DNA of 64,000 nucleotides from Candidatus Oxydemutatoraceae bacterium (GTDB lineage Bacteria; Pseudomonadota; Gammaproteobacteria; Poriferisulfidales; Oxydemutatoraceae): NCBI GenBank assembly GCA_965212025.1, contig OZ243039.1, positions 111,216 to 175,215 of the forward strand, read 5' to 3'. Shown piece by piece: positions 60,360 to 64,000 of this stretch (position 1 is its first letter; each line of letters starts with the position of its first letter). The notes under the pieces were generated by a model. It saw only the letters and a program-made list of their open reading frames with translations, ran no database searches and was not told where the DNA came from. The position numbers and the translations under genes were made by a program.

Positions 60360-61703
60360 ATGAAAAAAAAGGAAAAATTGCACATTGAAGACTTGGTGAA
60401 CCGGCTCTCTTCCGGCAAGCTCGCCCAAGTCAAACACCTGCTTGACAACATGCATCCGTCTGAAGTCGCCGACTTGATCGAGTCTCTCCCCACTTCCAAT
60501 CGACACATGCTTTGGCGCCTGGTTGAGCCTAAAGAGGAAGGAAAAATTTTGCTGGAAGTCGACGATGCCACGCGCGATGATCTGATCGCGGTGACCAGTT
60601 TTGAAGACTTGCAGATTGCCACAAAATCACTGGATTACGACCAACTCGCCGACCTGCTGGGTGATTTGCCCGATACGCTTGCCGACCGCGCCCTGGCAGG
60701 AATGGAAAAGCAGCGCCGCAAACGGCTGGAACAAATCATGGTTTGGGACGAGGACACGGCCGGGAGACTGATGAACGTGGATGTAACGACGCTGAGTCCT
60801 TCATTGACGGTTGATTTTGTGTTGCGTTATTTGCGCCACCACAAAGCGTTGCCGAAGCACACTGACAGTTTCATCGTCGTGGATCACGCCAACCGTTATC
60901 TCGGCTTGCTGGATCTGTCCGAACTGCTGACCGCCGAACAAAGCACGGTGGTAAGAAACCTGATGCGAACGGACGCCATCACCTTCGCACCCGAAACACC
61001 TGCGACGGAAGTGGCGCGCGCTTTTGGAGATCGTGACCTGCTGTCGGCACCAGTCCTGAATCAGCAACAGGTATTGTTGGGGCGCATTACCATCGATGAC
61101 GTGCTGGACGTGATACGGGACGAAGCCCACCAAGCGGAATTCGGGGGCGCGGGTCTCTCCATGGACGAAGGCTTGTTCAGCCCAGCGATCGTGGCTTCAC
61201 GTAGTCGTTCTGTCTGGCTGGGAGTTAATCTGCTAACCGCTTTCCTTGCCGCGTGGATACTCAGTCTTTTTCAGGAGACCCTGGAAAAAGCCATCGTCCT
61301 TGCAATCTTGATCCCGGTGGTCGGTAGCATGGGCGGAATTGCTGGCAGCCAGACCCTGACTCTGGTAACCCGCGGCATTGCCATGGGGCACGTCAGTAAG
61401 GGCAACATCTCGCTTTTGTTTCTCAAGGAATTTCACGTCGGAATATTGAACAGCCTGCTGTGGGCAGTGGCAATTGGTCTGGTCACGGCGCTCTGGTTCA
61501 ACGACCCGAATCTCGGCGTGATCATCGCGGGCTCGATTGTCGTCAGCCTGATATGCGCGGCTCTGTCCGGCGTCGCCATCCCGGTTCTTCTGCACCGGGT
61601 CAGCATCGACCCGGCAATTGCCGGCAGCGTTTTGCTAACCACAATTACCGATGTGATCGGGATTATTTCCTTCCTTGGACTGGCAACTTTCTTCCTGTTT
61701 TGA
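60360..61703 (+). CDS. mgtE: Magnesium transporter MgtE
   Basis: MgtE_N, two CBS domains and a C-terminal TM domain. Length 447 aa. Confidence 0.85.
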   Translation: MKKKEKLHIEDLVNRLSSGKLAQVKHLLDNMHPSEVADLIESLPTSNRHMLWRLVEPKEEGKILLEVDDATRDDLIAVTSFEDLQIATKSLDYDQLADLLGDLPDTLADRALAGMEKQRRKRLEQIMVWDEDTAGRLMNVDVTTLSPSLTVDFVLRYLRHHKALPKHTDSFIVVDHANRYLGLLDLSELLTAEQSTVVRNLMRTDAITFAPETPATEVARAFGDRDLLSAPVLNQQQVLLGRITIDDVLDVIRDEAHQAEFGGAGLSMDEGLFSPAIVASRSRSVWLGVNLLTAFLAAWILSLFQETLEKAIVLAILIPVVGSMGGIAGSQTLTLVTRGIAMGHVSKGNISLLFLKEFHVGILNSLLWAVAIGLVTALWFNDPNLGVIIAGSIVVSLICAALSGVAIPVLLHRVSIDPAIAGSVLLTTITDVIGIISFLGLATFFLF

Positions 61704-61763
61704 CCGGTCATGTCCAGGAAAGCGCACGCGGCAGCGACCAAGGTCACTGTCCATCCGAAACAG

Positions 61764-62420
61764 CTAGAACTTCGCCTGTAACCCGAACTCTTCTCCCGCG
61801 CTCAGGAGCCACAGATCCAGATATTCGCTGAAACTCCGCCGCACCAAGACGTTCCAAACGGGTTTGTTGCCAAAAGGCGCAGCCCCGCGCCATAACAAGA
61901 CCGGAGCCTTCGCGAGCAAACTTTGCGCGCATCTCCCTGCCAAGAAGTTACGGAGGTGCAAGTCCAGAGTACAACCCTTTCCCAACAGCGCGGCTGCCTT
62001 GTCTCCCGACAACCGCAACAGGACGTAAGTCCCGCCGGTGACCACCGTGGACACCATGGAAAGTTTTCTCCTGGCGATGGCTGCACAAAACTGCTCTGCC
62101 AATACGCTTTCCCGAGCCACATCACCAATCAACAACCACTCATTGGGACGCATCCAGCATAAAGCCATGTCATTCCTTTCGCAAAAAGTATTGGGCATCA
62201 GGGGCAAACCGAGGCCACTGACGTCATGAACAAGCGCTGCCACTGCCTTGTCTGAGGGCTGCCCCCGAAGCACGATACAAGCGACGCTGAGATGGTTCTC
62301 AAGCACCACCTGCACAGATCGCCGCACCAAAACGCTTGCCTGCACCGCCTGGCGCAACTTCCAGCTGACGGCCAGCGCAGTTTTCTGTTCAGGATTTTTG
62401 TCGCTTGCCATCGTTGTCAT
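61764..62420 (-). CDS. soxG: Sarcosine oxidase gamma subunit family protein
   Basis: A 218-aa protein with a GcvT-like fold, lying immediately downstream of the alpha-subunit gene. Confidence 0.55.
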   Translation of the reverse strand: MTTMASDKNPEQKTALAVSWKLRQAVQASVLVRRSVQVVLENHLSVACIVLRGQPSDKAVAALVHDVSGLGLPLMPNTFCERNDMALCWMRPNEWLLIGDVARESVLAEQFCAAIARRKLSMVSTVVTGGTYVLLRLSGDKAAALLGKGCTLDLHLRNFLAGRCAQSLLAKAPVLLWRGAAPFGNKPVWNVLVRRSFSEYLDLWLLSAGEEFGLQAKF

Positions 62421-64000
62421 AAAAACACGGATTGACGACCTGAACGCGAATCGGGTCAGACTGCAAAGAAAGCGCGAGCAATTTCTCGCCTCTGCGCTCC
62501 CGCCCTCTTTTCAGCAGTGCCAGAGAGATCGGAAACCCTGTGGTCGGACTGGAATAACTGGAAGTCACGTGCCCCTCAATGGCGATCGGTTTCTTCCCCA
62601 GAGGCTGACAAGCCAGTTGCGCACCCTCCGGCACGTATTCCCCGTCCAAAGACCGCAGACCGACAAGCTGCTTGCGGTCTTTGCGAACGCAATCAGAGCG
62701 CAACAGGGAACGCTTGCCAATAAAGTCTTTGTCACTTGCGATCATCCACTGCAAACCAAGATCGTGCGGAATAACCGTTCCATCGGTCTCCTGTCCCACA
62801 ATGACATAGCCTTTTTCAGCCCGCAGAACATGCATGGCTTCGGTTCCGTATGGCGTGAGATCAAAGGTTGCCCCGCAACGGAATAAGGCATCCTGGATTT
62901 CCCGTGCGTGACGGCTGTCAACATTGACCTCAAAACACAACTCACCGCTGAAACTGATGCGAAAAACCCGCACCGGAAAGGTCGCCAGAGTCCCGTTGCG
63001 AAGGGTCATGAAAGGAAAAGCTTCGTGGGAAAAATCGATATCTGTACCCAGCATTTCCAGAAGCCGCCGACTTTCCGGACCCGCTACCGCTATCGTCGAC
63101 CAGTGTTCCGTAACCGAATTCAAATAAACACGGAGCTCCGGCCATTCGGTTTGCAACCACTGTTCCAACCAGTCCAGCACCGCCGCCGCGCCACCTGTTG
63201 TTGTGGTCAGGTAGTAGCTTGTATCGCCGAGACGCGAGATCGTCCCGTCATCCTTCACCATGCCGTCTTCACCGAGCATGATCGTATAGGAGCAGCCTCC
63301 CAGCGGAATCTTCCTGCAATTCACTGGATATACCCGATCCAGAAATTCCGCCGCGTCAGAACCACTGACTTCGATTTTTCCTAAAGTGGAAGCGTCCATG
63401 ACACCAACACCATGGCGTACCGCCAGACATTCGCGCTGTACGGCAGCAGACATGCTTTCCCTCCCGCGCGGATAAAAGCGGGGGCGCAACCATTGTCCGA
63501 CCAATTCAAACACCGCTCCCTGTTGCTCATGCCAGCTGTGCAAAGCAGTTGTTCGTTGCGGGTCAAACAGCGCCTCACCGCGCTCGCGCCCGGCAATGGC
63601 GCCAAAAGTCACGGGCGTGTAGGGCTGGCGAAAGGTCGTGGTACCGATTTTGGAAACCTCTTTGCCGACCGCGTCAGCCAATACGGCGGCACCGCTGATA
63701 TTGCCCATTTTGCCTTGGTCTGTACCAAAACCAAGTGCCGTATAACGTTTGACGTGCTCTACGGAATCGTAGCCTTCGCGAACCGCCAGCCTGATATCGG
63801 AAACCGTCACGTCATTTTGAAAATCCAGGAACTGTTTCGGGCAACGATCCACATCTGCCTTGGACGGCACACGCCACAGTGGCTGCAAAGGCAGTGCGGC
63901 TTGTTCTTCTGTGACCGGAGGGGAGAACGATGACGGGGTGAAACCACAACGACGGGCTGCGGCAAGACCTGCGTTAAGCCCCTGCTGCAAACACGGCTGC
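62389..64000 (-). CDS. soxA: Sarcosine oxidase alpha subunit. The C-terminal aminomethyltransferase-like part is in the window and the 5' end lies beyond it
   Basis: A GcvT-like domain (…MHVLRAEKGY…) is present. The ORF is open to the window end. Confidence 0.65.
   Translation of the reverse strand, partial: QPCLQQGLNAGLAAARRCGFTPSSFSPPVTEEQAALPLQPLWRVPSKADVDRCPKQFLDFQNDVTVSDIRLAVREGYDSVEHVKRYTALGFGTDQGKMGNISGAAVLADAVGKEVSKIGTTTFRQPYTPVTFGAIAGRERGEALFDPQRTTALHSWHEQQGAVFELVGQWLRPRFYPRGRESMSAAVQRECLAVRHGVGVMDASTLGKIEVSGSDAAEFLDRVYPVNCRKIPLGGCSYTIMLGEDGMVKDDGTISRLGDTSYYLTTTTGGAAAVLDWLEQWLQTEWPELRVYLNSVTEHWSTIAVAGPESRRLLEMLGTDIDFSHEAFPFMTLRNGTLATFPVRVFRISFSGELCFEVNVDSRHAREIQDALFRCGATFDLTPYGTEAMHVLRAEKGYVIVGQETDGTVIPHDLGLQWMIASDKDFIGKRSLLRSDCVRKDRKQLVGLRSLDGEYVPEGAQLACQPLGKKPIAIEGHVTSSYSSPTTGFPISLALLKRGRERRGEKLLALSLQSDPIRVQVVNPCFYDNDGKRQKS

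Noticed and set aside
1-64000. Looked for insertion sequences, transposases, integrases, toxin-antitoxin pairs and restriction-modification genes that would explain the accessory blocks
   Set aside because: No transposase- or integrase-like ORF, and no terminal inverted repeats typical of IS elements, were recognised. The rearrangements appear to be driven by repeats and duplications rather than by IS elements.

Overview
This window looks like a 64-kb piece of a gammaproteobacterial chromosome at about 50-55% GC. Conserved housekeeping synteny blocks are interrupted by several accessory or repeat-rich insertions.

Positions 1-7817 hold a tandem array of at least seven paralogous genes from a family I do not recognise. 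Each copy has a conserved N-terminal module of about 165 aa, a low-complexity variable linker, and a conserved C-terminal module of about 110 aa ending in TDAGWDPAN. Each has its own promoter-like and RBS leader, and most copies are broken by frameshifts or stops. Two tRNAs (Leu-UAA, Cys-GCA) sit inside the array.

Next comes a DUF1326-like gene, rluC and sppA, then a 121-bp x9 tandem repeat that begins inside the sppA 3' end. Then follow maf(-), rpmF-plsX-fabH (fab cluster cut off after fabH), uvrC-pgsA, tRNA-Gly(-) and hemX-hemY.

Positions 21078-29208 carry an Mrp-type cation/proton antiporter cluster in the order E-F-G-B'-B-C-D-D-small gene-D. An array of tandem duplications of the small gene's 3' half is embedded in it.

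After recG(-) there is an AT-rich lipoprotein islet flanked by roughly 155-bp direct repeats. Then come dprA(-), def-fmt and a tandem repeat of about 133 bp x4.5. Two tandem, degraded giant genes encoding glycine-rich 'GGLVG' (GLUG-like) repeat surface proteins follow, sitting where rsmB is normally found. A DUF4390-like gene, trkA-trkH, hemJ(-) and tRNA-Ala(-) come next.

The window ends with yrbG-kdsD(+), kdsC-lptC-lptA-lptB(-), hpf-ptsN-hprK-EIIA(Man)-HPr-ptsI, mgtE, and sarcosine oxidase gamma and alpha (alpha partial at the window end).

All calls come from reading the ORF translations and the DNA by eye. No database search was run.
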